Positions 8,101 through 16,113 of a stretch of DNA of 53,578 nt are shown one piece after another. The translations under genes were made by a program, and so were the position numbers. Position 1 is the first letter of the stretch, and each line of letters starts with the position of its first letter. The notes beneath the pieces are model-generated. The model was not told the DNA's origin. It was given only the letters and a program-made list of their open reading frames with translations, and made no database searches. Origin of the DNA: a virus (lineage: Duplodnaviria; Caudoviricetes); the IMG/VR virus record IMGVR_UViG_3300040816_000922, positions 1 to 53,578 of that record; one strand, given 5' to 3'.

Positions 8101-11100
8101 TTCCCGTCCCTGATAAAAGAGTTGATCTTGTCGATTAGGGCTTTGGTCGTTCCGCTGAGCGCCGCCGTCTTGATCTCGCCCGACGGAACCGGGTGCCCGA
8201 ACTTCGCTTCGTACAAAGCCATCGCCCGCTGGAGTGGATTCTCTGCGGCGATTCGAGTCCAGTTGAACGCCATTTCTTCCTCCGTTGAACCGCTGAGAAG
8301 CGGTCTCTGCCGCATCCTGGATGACGGCAAAGGTCTGCGGCATGTTGCGGCGCAGCGCCTCGCGGTCAGTGTAATAGAGAGCATAGGACTGAGCAAAAAG
8401 CTCCCGGGCAATAAGCACCTGATCCTCTTGCGAGATCTGCCCTCCGCCGTCCTTGAGCATCCCCTCAATCAGGTTAAGGGGGTAGGTGTAATACTCAGAG
8501 AGCTCGCCGCCCTGCCACTGCTCGGCAGCCTCATTGAACAAGGGCTTGCCATCGACAATGAGCTCCCCGTTCTGCTGCTGCGCCTGGAACCCAAAGGAGC
8601 TTTGGACCATGCGGGCGGCAAGTCCCCTGCCCTGCGCCATGTTGAAGTCAACGGCGTGACCCACCTCGTGGGCAAGGGTGGACCGGAGAACCCGCCGGAG
8701 GCTTTGCTTGTACTCGCTGCGATCCCCTGAGGTGTCGCTTGCCAGGTCGGCAAACAGCTGAGAGTTAATCCCGACAACGCCAGCCTGGTAGTCAAAATAG
8801 CCAACCGTGCCGTCCGTGGTGTCGAAGGAAACGATGCCGTTCTGAGCCAGGTTGCCGATCAGATCGGTCGTGATACCGATCTCGGATAGATCCTCCATTG
8901 CTGCCGCGAGCTCGTTGCGGGCAAAGGAAGGGATCTGGTTTCCGCGATAGCCATTGGAGACAACATCCTCCGCCTGGCTGTATACAACCGAATCAGGGGT
9001 TCCTACCGAGGCTGCTCGGATGAATCGGACCTTGGGGATAGAGGTAATTCGCCCGGCATATCGGAAGCTTCCGGGGCTCTGCTCGAAGTCGATGCGCTTG
9101 AAGAGCGACGGGCTATCCGGTCCTTCTTCAGGAACTCGATTGCCTCCCTCGGGAGCAGCATCGGCGGCTCGTCCGGGTGCTTCAGGTTCGCGTTGTGCGT
9201 TGCTACTGCCAGCATCCGGTAGAACATCCGGTCGGTTAGCTGGCTGCGCGAAGAGGTCTTGGGGTTGTCCTGCATTATTCAGCCTCTCGAAGTTTTCAAT
9301 CGCAGAATCAACGATCTGATCAGTTGACGGCGCCTCGAGCTCCTCTCCAAACAGGCTTCCCGACTGCGAGGATTGATTCGCGGTTTCAAGGAATCGTCCC
9401 ATATCGGAGAGCAAAGAGCTCATCTTTTTGGCGGACCGCTTGTTTGCATCCAGCTGCTTGGCGAGAGTCGCGCTTACGGGGTCAATATCCCCAAACATCC
9501 CGGTCTGTGCAGCCAGATCTTCGACCGACCTATTCTCTCGGCGAGATTGCTGCAAGAGCTCAACCGCTCCTACAACCTTGGACACCAGATCACTGCTTAG
9601 GGTAGACCCCTCGGCTTCGAGCGCCCGAGCCCGAGCGAATACCGGAGCCGCTGTCTGCAATGCGTTCAGGACATTTTTGACATCCGGGTTAGTGTCCTCG
9701 GTGGCGACCGTAACCAGGCGAGCGTCACCATACGCCCTGGCGAAAACTGCATTCCGGATTCGGTTGACTAGAGCAGGCGTTGGGCGCCCGTCGCTTTGCA
9801 GTAAGCCTGATGCTTGGGTGGTCCCGAGCTCTGCCGAAAACTTTGATAGGAACCTGGCGTTGGATGCCGTATCAATCTCGCCGTTTTCGCCTGGAGCAAA
9901 GGAGGTCATCATCTCGTCAGAGATCATGTTTGCGTCTGCGAGCGCCTGCTCCGAAGGGGACATAGCGGCAATGGCGGACACGTTGGCGTCGCGGGTAAAC
10001 GCCTTTCGAGCGTCTACGGATAGGTCTCGAGTCCGGCGGCGGACGAGTACCGGGTTCGGAACAGAGTTGATCTGCTCCTCCGAAACTCCGCGCTGCTTAG
10101 CCTGCTCTCGCACCCAGGCAGCATATTCCCCCGCCTTGCCCCGTTGATACGCGAGCTGGAGGGCAGCCGCTCGACCATTGCCGCTCTCAACCACAAGATC
10201 GGGACCAACAACCGGGGCGCCGTCCTCTGCCCGCCCGGTGTCTCCAAGCTGCTCTGGAACCAGGGTGTTAGCAATCTCCTGGATCTGGACAAGGCTTGCC
10301 TGACGCGAGCGGTCCCGAGGCTGTAGTTCTGCCGGGTAAGCAGGGTTCACGCTGCCGTCGAATCTATTACTTGAGATCAGCTGGCTTGCATCGACGACCG
10401 CCCACTCCGCCTCAAACTCTTGAGCCTTGGAAGTCCTCACCCGAGCAGGGAGCCCGGTAAGGATTGGCGCGCCAGCGGTAGAAGCAGGCGCCTGGCTTTC
10501 CGCACCAGTAAGCCTGATGCCCCCGGTAAAATCAGGATCGATCAGACCCTGGTCAGCCAGGTCCTTTAAGACAGCCTGAGTCGGGTTAAAGCCGGTCCGA
10601 AGCCCGTTCTGAACATCGCTAACGGTAGGGTTTTCCGTGCTCCTAATGATCTCGAGAGCTTGCTGCGCCTGGGAGGCTACCGGCGCCTGGGCAATCGGAG
10701 CGTCTTGGTCAGCCTGTTCGACGGTATCTCTTGCAGAAAGCTGGATAGATGGCTGAGCTGGCGGATCTGGCAGTCCTTTCGGAATAAGATCTTTTTGCCC
10801 GGGAGCTGCGATATTGAGCTCTTGCAGCTTGCGAAGGCGCCGAAGGTTCTCCTGCTGCCTGGGGGTTAGGCTCCCCTCGTTACGGTCAGGCGTTCCCTCA
10901 AGGGGCGCGGTGCCCTGAGTCTCCGGGGCTGTATCGCTAGGGGGATTTTGAGGCGGCGCGGTAAGCCTTCTTGCTCCTGCGGTTACCCCAAGCTGCGCGC
11001 CACCACCCACAATCGTCGCGATTGAGGTAATCAGCTGGCGCTCTGCTTGAATTTCCCCAGCCCTTCCGTAATCCCCTTCATCGATTGCTTGCTCGAGCTC

Positions 11101-11934
11101 AGGGTCTAAGCCATTGGAGTAGGCATTGAGCGATTGGAAGAAAGTGGCGAGCTGCTCGCCAGGGATCTCGGTAAGCGCAAAGTCCCTCAGGGTTTTGGTA
11201 ATCTCCTGGCGCCCTTCTCCGCCCTTCCCGCCTAACGCGCGAACCAGGACCATGTTAGGGAGAACCTCGGTAGCTGCCTCAATTACCGCGTCAACCCCGG
11301 CATAGTTTGCCGCCTGGCTATGGTCTAGCCCCTCTGCTCGAGCCGTTGCGTAGCTATCCCCCGCCACAAGCGCGGACGCGCCCGTGGTGGCAACGGTGGG
11401 GCTGCGGGTAGCAAGAGCTGCAACCATCGTCGGCAGGTTTTGGGCAAAGGACACTACCCCGGAACGCACCCCTTCCTGCATTACGGAAAGGTTTTCAGGT
11501 CGGACGCTTGCGACTTCCCGGTCTATTTCCTGTGCCCGGGCAATCTGAGACTGCGCATCTTCCCTAAGCTGAGCCCCTAGCGGCGTCCGACTAATGATTT
11601 CCCTAACAGCATCCTGCGCAAGGTTGTACGCAGCAGCAGGACCCATCGTGTATCTTCCGGGCAGGCTAAGGGGGTCAGGCTCAGGTGCTGTCCCGAGATC
11701 GCTAGCCAGCCCTGCCCCAATCCCCCTGTAACTTTTTTCGGTTGCAAGGGCTATTTCTGACCCTAGCCCAGAGGCAATCCCGGAAAAGAACCCCTCGCTC
11801 TCAGGACGAACGGGCTCCGAGCCCAGACCGGACTCAACCTCATTCATGATGTCTTCGAGAGAGCGAGGAGTTTTTTGCTCCGGCGCCTTCTCCACTTCAT
11901 CCATGATAGAGCCGAGGCTGGGTCTCGTTGCCAT
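5164..11934 (-). CDS. Large polyvalent internal-virion/ejection protein (FtsK-gamma-like wHTH, DdrB-like ParB, HExxH zincin, LPD38), ~2256 aa
   Basis: ParB motifs QPRDR..GAPVV..VESGNGR; LAHEVGH; C-terminal YDMIPQHEKDRN..YFKIPLPYG; last gene of the virion block; ATG 11934 follows the upstream stop. Confidence 0.88.
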   Translation of the reverse strand: MATRPSLGSIMDEVEKAPEQKTPRSLEDIMNEVESGLGSEPVRPESEGFFSGIASGLGSEIALATEKSYRGIGAGLASDLGTAPEPDPLSLPGRYTMGPAAAYNLAQDAVREIISRTPLGAQLREDAQSQIARAQEIDREVASVRPENLSVMQEGVRSGVVSFAQNLPTMVAALATRSPTVATTGASALVAGDSYATARAEGLDHSQAANYAGVDAVIEAATEVLPNMVLVRALGGKGGEGRQEITKTLRDFALTEIPGEQLATFFQSLNAYSNGLDPELEQAIDEGDYGRAGEIQAERQLITSIATIVGGGAQLGVTAGARRLTAPPQNPPSDTAPETQGTAPLEGTPDRNEGSLTPRQQENLRRLRKLQELNIAAPGQKDLIPKGLPDPPAQPSIQLSARDTVEQADQDAPIAQAPVASQAQQALEIIRSTENPTVSDVQNGLRTGFNPTQAVLKDLADQGLIDPDFTGGIRLTGAESQAPASTAGAPILTGLPARVRTSKAQEFEAEWAVVDASQLISSNRFDGSVNPAYPAELQPRDRSRQASLVQIQEIANTLVPEQLGDTGRAEDGAPVVGPDLVVESGNGRAAALQLAYQRGKAGEYAAWVREQAKQRGVSEEQINSVPNPVLVRRRTRDLSVDARKAFTRDANVSAIAAMSPSEQALADANMISDEMMTSFAPGENGEIDTASNARFLSKFSAELGTTQASGLLQSDGRPTPALVNRIRNAVFARAYGDARLVTVATEDTNPDVKNVLNALQTAAPVFARARALEAEGSTLSSDLVSKVVGAVELLQQSRRENRSVEDLAAQTGMFGDIDPVSATLAKQLDANKRSAKKMSSLLSDMGRFLETANQSSQSGSLFGEELEAPSTDQIVDSAIENFERLNNAGQPQDLFAQPANRPDVLPDAGSSNAQREPEAPGRAADAAPEGGNRVPEEGPDSPSLFKRIDFEQSPGSFRYAGRITSIPKVRFIRAASVGTPDSVVYSQAEDVVSNGYRGNQIPSFARNELAAAMEDLSEIGITTDLIGNLAQNGIVSFDTTDGTVGYFDYQAGVVGINSQLFADLASDTSGDRSEYKQSLRRVLRSTLAHEVGHAVDFNMAQGRGLAARMVQSSFGFQAQQQNGELIVDGKPLFNEAAEQWQGGELSEYYTYPLNLIEGMLKDGGGQISQEDQVLIARELFAQSYALYYTDREALRRNMPQTFAVIQDAAETASQRFNGGRNGVQLDSNRRRESTPAGDGFVRSEVRAPGSVGRDQDGGAQRNDQSPNRQDQLFYQGREAESALGGDQGQAIPRESSELNEAPDPVQSGLNFNYESARAEGGMLSDREPSNLYNLDDETRTEAFLRKIQDKMLRVRLQLEKVKEVNGLDQLDEAVDVSLKETLYYGKVGEDFRRIEQMFERAVPILKDAGLSLEELGLYMYAMHAPERNQFIAEKRREAIARHEQAVAEGRNPRSQPPEPMDDGGSGMTNQEADQILLRFDQEGKTEELRRASQVMYGILQDARDRLNEAGMIDEETQVKWESSFKFYVPLQGFAEEMKTPVVGGARTGAGFSIGGSETMAALGRRTKAANPVLNSLRLAQEKAMRIRKNEVAVSMLDLTLEYPDSTSWKVYAEGNGPLEEMPGPGGGIVRQRINMRTARRQDNGDKRFMMAKIDGGTYFIELKDPLVNRAMQNAGATNSEEANKLVVQYLGGFTRALSQLSTTYNPAFFLVNAPRDLFTAMYNALAEQTRSDGRVEGKKIAGQIPKNWIASGRAFWRSARGKGGSTPEQVLFDRYAQEFREFGGMTGWANLLDLEKEASRIDSLTRINGKSSMIDAKRGARKVMDFIQDFNGAFENAARLSAYVAARQQGVSAERAADLAKNLTVNFNRRGESTAWINSFYMFFNAAVQGNMNVIRSLTGKTKQGTMTAAQRLAMASVGVSVGLAVMNRMISGEDDEGNLHYDMIPQHEKDRNMIFMNPLDGEDYFKIPLPYGFSVLHVIGTELTDAAFSPRKTPLDAVNNVFGAFLGSFSPLSVSASPNGITRTAIKSASPTIAQPWVQLAINENHWGSSILPRRYPNQEHLPNSLLHRPNTSEASIAIAQFLNEISGGEKHIPGMVDIAPDAIDHIVGFYAGGAGRFGMRLINFGGAAFTGDVEKLEARQYPLLRAVYGQPSKYEHLDSFYTNRNEILRVVDQKDSLRGKERLEFSRENASVLRLAGALKSAEKQLRSIRKAKRSAEKYMSEERFEEYEEQMVEREYKVYRRFNARFTKETAED
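8040..8273 (-). CDS. Nested 77-aa gene in the +1 frame of the polyvalent protein, after the zincin domain (candidate immunity/inhibitor)
   Basis: GGAGG-AAGAA-ATG RBS; globular-looking product, while the host frame is a polar linker with several CGA codons. Confidence 0.7.
   Translation of the reverse strand: MAFNWTRIAAENPLQRAMALYEAKFGHPVPSGEIKTAALSGTTKALIDKINSFIRDGKPNPRWAEIRDRLSHERAQN
9003..9275 (-). CDS. Nested 90-aa gene in the +1 frame, after the ParB region (candidate partner/immunity)
   Basis: GAGAGG-7nt-ATG; helical-looking first ~55 aa; host-frame codons here mostly end in A/T. Confidence 0.55.
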   Translation of the reverse strand: MQDNPKTSSRSQLTDRMFYRMLAVATHNANLKHPDEPPMLLPREAIEFLKKDRIARRSSSASTSSRAPEASDMPGELPLSPRSDSSEQPR

Positions 11935-11935
11935 A

Positions 11936-13297
11936 TTACTGATCGCCCCCTGCGCCCAAGACTTCTTGATAACGACCGTAGATCTCTTGAATTTGCGCAG
12001 GGTTGTAATTGCGAATCCGTTCGAGCTGCGCGTCAATCTGTTGAGGCGACTTCGTAAGGTACTCGCGCTGCGCCTCTTGCATGAGGAAAAAGCGCATTTC
12101 ATTAATACCTAGGTCTCGCTCTGCCCCTGCTGCCGAAGGCGCCGTGTCTCTCGGGAGGAGATTGCTCGGGACCACGCGCGAATACTCTTTGTCGAGTGCG
12201 TCATCAACGAAGTAACTGATGGGAAGCTCGGGACCAAGAAGGTCCGGGTCTTCGATCCCGTTGCGTCGAGTCATATAGGCTTTGTATGCCTCCTCTCCGC
12301 GCCTTTCCGCAGCAGAAAATCTATCCGGATCTGCCTTTCGGACCTGGTCGAGGAGGGCTCTCTTCATGGAGGGGTCCTCCTTCACCGCCGCTTGCACCAT
12401 GCTCAACCCGATAACAGGATTGATAATGTCTTCGAGGCGAATGTCGGCAGCTGGAGCGTTAGGGTCAGTGCTGCGTCCTACGGTAATCGGCGCCTCATAG
12501 GACCCGCCTTCTGCATCCACCTTGAGGTTAAGGCGCAGAACTGGAGCTCCGTCCTCTTCCTGCCCCACAACCTCATAGCTCACAACGTCAGCGTTGGTGA
12601 TCACGCCGTTGCGCCCGACCGCCCCTTGGATAGCCTTTAGGTTTGCGTCCATTCCAAGGTTCAGGGCATCAAGAAGCTCAGAGCTGTTCGCCTGCAAGGG
12701 TTTTTCCCCGCGAACAAAGCCCATAGCATTTTCGATGCGCCCCGCCGCTGCTTGGCTAAGCATAGCGGTGGGATGCAGTGCAGACCCTTCGGTAAGCTTT
12801 AGCCCCTGAAGCACCGATTCCGTCACCCCCTGCCCACTTGGATCCAGCATGGGAAGCCACTGAGTGAATCCTCTTCGTGCCGCATCAAGGCGTGCAGCAG
12901 TCTGGCTTTGCTCAAGGTCAAACTCGGTTTTGCTAGTGCTTGCTGCGGAAGAAGCCTCCTGCGCGCGGCTTGCCGCGATTCGCGCGGCTGACTCATCTCC
13001 AGCTCGAGCATCTTGCCTGAACGCGAGCGTGTTCTCGTAACCAGCTTGGCGCATATCGAATAAGGCTTTATCCCGAGCAGCGAGTGCGGCTTGCTCTGCG
13101 GCGGTGGCTTCTCGATCCGCCTGCTCGCGCATGTACTTCCGATACTCCTCATCCGCGCTAGCTTCTTGAACGGCTAGCTCGTAACGCTGCTTGAGATTTT
13201 CCGCATTTGCAGCGTCAGCCGCCTGGCGACGCTTGCGCTCTTCCATGTCGTTGACTAAGCCGTAGCCTGAGGTAAATCCTGCTGCAAAGCCGCCCAT
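11936..13297 (-). CDS. Internal virion/ejection protein (453 aa)
   Basis: MGGFAAGFTSGYGL N-terminus, coiled coil, position in ejectosome cluster. Confidence 0.75.
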   Translation of the reverse strand: MGGFAAGFTSGYGLVNDMEERKRRQAADAANAENLKQRYELAVQEASADEEYRKYMREQADREATAAEQAALAARDKALFDMRQAGYENTLAFRQDARAGDESAARIAASRAQEASSAASTSKTEFDLEQSQTAARLDAARRGFTQWLPMLDPSGQGVTESVLQGLKLTEGSALHPTAMLSQAAAGRIENAMGFVRGEKPLQANSSELLDALNLGMDANLKAIQGAVGRNGVITNADVVSYEVVGQEEDGAPVLRLNLKVDAEGGSYEAPITVGRSTDPNAPAADIRLEDIINPVIGLSMVQAAVKEDPSMKRALLDQVRKADPDRFSAAERRGEEAYKAYMTRRNGIEDPDLLGPELPISYFVDDALDKEYSRVVPSNLLPRDTAPSAAGAERDLGINEMRFFLMQEAQREYLTKSPQQIDAQLERIRNYNPAQIQEIYGRYQEVLGAGGDQ

Positions 13298-13309
13298 CCT
13301 TGAGCCTCC

Positions 13310-13924
13310 TTAGTCGAACATCTTGCCGACGAGGTACGCCCCGCCGAGCGCCAGAAGCACCCAGGGTGCTGCTGCTGCCATTCCTGCTGCTGCCGTGGTC
13401 CCTGCGGCTGTGGCGGCTGCCGTCGTCCCCGCTGCCGCTGCGGTTCCGGCTGCTGCTCCCCCCGCTGCGGTAGCTCCAGCTGCACCTGCCGCACCTGCCG
13501 CTCCGGCTCCAGCCGCTGCTCCGCCCGCCGCTCCAGCACCAACACCGCCTGCGGCTGCTGCGCCTCCTGCCGCCGCGCTTCCAGCGCCAGCTGCACCCGC
13601 GCCTGCCGCGCTAGCACCGGCTCCAGCTGAAGCCCCTCCGAAAGCGCTGTTTAGCGCTGCCAAGTCCCCGGCAATCTTCTGACCGAATACACCTTTGGCT
13701 GCCAGGCTTCGGGCTCCAGCATTTAGAGCCGCGCCTGCCCCAGTCGCGATCTTCGGACCAAATACCGCCGTCCCGATCCCGCCTACCGCAGCCTGCTGGG
13801 AGCGCACGTTCGCTTCCATCTGATCTCGAGCTGCTCGGCGCTGGGTTTCGACAGCGCTTAGATCTGCGAGCCCCCGGTTTGCTTGGGCTAGCGTTTCGCG
13901 CCCGGTCCCGATCAATCCTGCCAT
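13310..13924 (-). CDS. Ala/Gly-rich pilot/ejection protein with C-terminal TM helix
   Basis: Long A/G low-complexity tract followed by PWVLLALGGAYLVG. Confidence 0.7.
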   Translation of the reverse strand: MAGLIGTGRETLAQANRGLADLSAVETQRRAARDQMEANVRSQQAAVGGIGTAVFGPKIATGAGAALNAGARSLAAKGVFGQKIAGDLAALNSAFGGASAGAGASAAGAGAAGAGSAAAGGAAAAGGVGAGAAGGAAAGAGAAGAAGAAGATAAGGAAAGTAAAAGTTAAATAAGTTAAAGMAAAAPWVLLALGGAYLVGKMFD

Positions 13925-14517
13925 TAGGACAATCCTCCGAAGTCTCGCTTCGCCCCGACCGCCGTGTTCGCGGTGCCGGACATAAGCGACATCTGCCGGT
14001 CCCGAGCTCGCATACGGGTGTCTCGAAGCCCGCCTACCAGGTCAGATACCAGGTTGTTGCTGACATTGGGGTCTGCGCTGCCGGAGAGCCCTAGGCGCTG
14101 GCGGTCCCGGGCAGCCTGCCCTTGGACGTTGATCGCCGCTCCGGTAATCGCGTCCCGGCTCCGCGCCAGATCCAGGTTCAGCCCTGCGCCCTGGTTCATA
14201 ACCTCGTTGACCAGGCGATCCTCCACCGGAGCGAAGCGGTTCAGGTAATCGTTGAACTGCTCTTTGATAATGTTTGCCCGGGTGTCGGCTGCCGCAATGC
14301 TGCCCGTATCCCCATAACGCTCGCGCACCACCAGGTTCGAGTAGGTAGAAGGCGGCGGCGGATTAAACGTGTAAGTCGAGGGGTTGCCGTAGAGCTCCTG
14401 GCTTGCGGGCATGTTCCCAGGCTGGACTGCTGGACCACGCGTTTGCTGAAGCCCATCGATCAGCTGGGTGGGAAACCCAGGCAGGGTCCGGAGATAGTTG
14501 GCAATGTACTCGTCCAT
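13924..14517 (-). CDS. Putative internal virion protein
   Basis: YLNRFAPVEDRL motif resembling the neighbouring gene; operon context. Confidence 0.65.
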   Translation of the reverse strand: MDEYIANYLRTLPGFPTQLIDGLQQTRGPAVQPGNMPASQELYGNPSTYTFNPPPPSTYSNLVVRERYGDTGSIAAADTRANIIKEQFNDYLNRFAPVEDRLVNEVMNQGAGLNLDLARSRDAITGAAINVQGQAARDRQRLGLSGSADPNVSNNLVSDLVGGLRDTRMRARDRQMSLMSGTANTAVGAKRDFGGLS

Positions 14518-14520
14518 CCT

Positions 14521-15084
14521 TTAGGTCCCCCGATTCTGATAAAGCCCGACGCCTACGCCGGTCGCCGCGCCCGCCACCTCGAGAGGGGCAATCGCTCGGC
14601 TGAGTCCAGCCCTCGCCTGGCTTTCCGCCTGGGCGTTGAGCTGGGCGGTCGCCTGACCCATCGACTGGACAGCATCGGTAGCCTGGTTCTGCCCAAGGGC
14701 AACCACGTTCTGCACCGCGCCGAAGCCACGATCCGTTTGCCCCACTAGAGCTCCGGCGATCCCCTGCCCCATGGCTCGTTGCTGAGCTCGGTCCAGGGCT
14801 CGGCTGGCACCACGGTAAGCACCGGAGCTCGGGTCGACTCCGCGAGCCACCAGGTTGGCGCCAAGAGTGTCTCGAGCCTGGTCGAACTGGGGTTGGAAGG
14901 CAGCGCTTGCCTGACCTGCCACTTCACCGTACTGCCCGGGAGAGCGCATGAGGAAGGCGTCCCGAATGAACTGGTTCTCCATCGGCGCAAACACATCCTG
15001 GTAGCGCTGGAACCGGCTGAGCATTACCTGTGCTAGGGCTTTGTCAGCGTTGGTTTCGGTATCCGGGGCGTCTTTCATTCCCAT
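14521..15084 (-). CDS. Putative internal virion protein
   Basis: YQDVFAPMEN..ARGVDPSSG; Gly/Ala-rich C-terminus. Confidence 0.7.
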   Translation of the reverse strand: MGMKDAPDTETNADKALAQVMLSRFQRYQDVFAPMENQFIRDAFLMRSPGQYGEVAGQASAAFQPQFDQARDTLGANLVARGVDPSSGAYRGASRALDRAQQRAMGQGIAGALVGQTDRGFGAVQNVVALGQNQATDAVQSMGQATAQLNAQAESQARAGLSRAIAPLEVAGAATGVGVGLYQNRGT

Positions 15085-15485
15085 CAGATTTCGCCTCTAT
15101 AGATCGTCATGTCGGGCTTGAGCCCCATCTTTTCCGCGATCCGGCTAAACCCCTTACGGTCTGACCAGAACTCGATGAACTTGAAGTCTGCGTCGCGCCC
15201 GATCTGCTGAATGTCTGACCAGTACCGCTCAATCGCGTTTCCGCTCTTTGACCAGCCGAACCAGACCAGGAGGTAAGGCTCTTCGCTGTACTGGCGACGG
15301 GCTCCCTTGAGGATCACAAACTCCTGCCCTTGCCCAAGCAGGAACCAGGCTTTCCCCTCCTCAACCTCTCTCCGCACATGCAGAGGGTCTAAGCCCCCGC
15401 CGAGCTCAAGAAGGATCGGGCTGACCCAGCTCCAGTTTTCCCCGATAGATCCGGGGTTTAACTGGCTTGATTTTAGGGAGGACAC
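15084..15485 (-). CDS. GNAT-fold-like virion-associated protein
   Basis: IEFWSDRKGFSR motif; position before the ejection genes as in P22-like podophages. Confidence 0.55.
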   Translation of the reverse strand: MSSLKSSQLNPGSIGENWSWVSPILLELGGGLDPLHVRREVEEGKAWFLLGQGQEFVILKGARRQYSEEPYLLVWFGWSKSGNAIERYWSDIQQIGRDADFKFIEFWSDRKGFSRIAEKMGLKPDMTIYRGEI

Positions 15486-15491
15486 CTGAGA

Positions 15492-15710
15492 TCAGCCTCC
15501 GCCGTGGCTTGGGTTTTCAGCACCTCGTGGTATGCGGTGTGCAATCGAATTCACAAGGATCGCCAGCTCTTTGAACGCTTCTTTCAAATCCGTATCCGGC
15601 ATCGCATCGACCTTCGCCCGGATCTGGGCGGGGGTCATGCAAGCCCAATCGCAGCAGTCCAGGCTCTGGCATCTCTCGTGGTGCGCGACCTTGTGTATCT
15701 GCTTACGCAT
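15492..15710 (-). CDS. Hypothetical protein (tail-associated)
   Basis: Coupled ORF in the tail operon. Confidence 0.55.
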   Translation of the reverse strand: MRKQIHKVAHHERCQSLDCCDWACMTPAQIRAKVDAMPDTDLKEAFKELAILVNSIAHRIPRGAENPSHGGG

Positions 15711-16113
15711 CGGGGATCTCGATCACCCCGGCATGCTCGAGGTAGAGGGGGTGGTTGGCGATAAAGTTGAAGGCGCCAGGTCCATCGAACTCAATGGAGA
15801 GGTGCCCGTCAGCCAGCTCTACCGTCGAATTGTCGAACTCGAACCAGACCTGTGTGTTCTCGGGGAAGGTCAGCTCTACCTCCCACCCTCCGAAAACCTC
15901 TTGAGGATCACTGACTGTGACCGGGAGAGCGGGACGCGGGACTAGGGTTAAGGTCTCAAGATCGACCTTGAGCATGGTTAGGTCTTCCCCAGGCAGAACC
16001 TCGATCCGACCGATCCCGGCAATCTCCGGCAGAGGTGTGCCAATGGCGACGGTAGTCGTGCCAAGAATCGCGCCATCCGCAGTCCGGTATTTGACGTATG
16101 TCACCGTGCTCAT
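15703..16113 (-). CDS. Tail fibre/tip accessory protein
   Basis: ATGA-coupled to the tail tip gene; beta-rich. Confidence 0.6.
   Translation of the reverse strand: MSTVTYVKYRTADGAILGTTTVAIGTPLPEIAGIGRIEVLPGEDLTMLKVDLETLTLVPRPALPVTVSDPQEVFGGWEVELTFPENTQVWFEFDNSTVELADGHLSIEFDGPGAFNFIANHPLYLEHAGVIEIPDA

Noticed and set aside
11935-12102. N-terminal extension of the giant ORF (2312 aa in the track)
   Set aside because: It overlaps the 453-aa gene and has no RBS; ATG 11934 directly follows the upstream stop
13323-13682. Ala/Pro-rich + strand ORF and GCN repeats as a repeat array or CRISPR
   Set aside because: Just the reverse complement of the Ala/Gly tract in the pilot protein; no repeat-spacer structure
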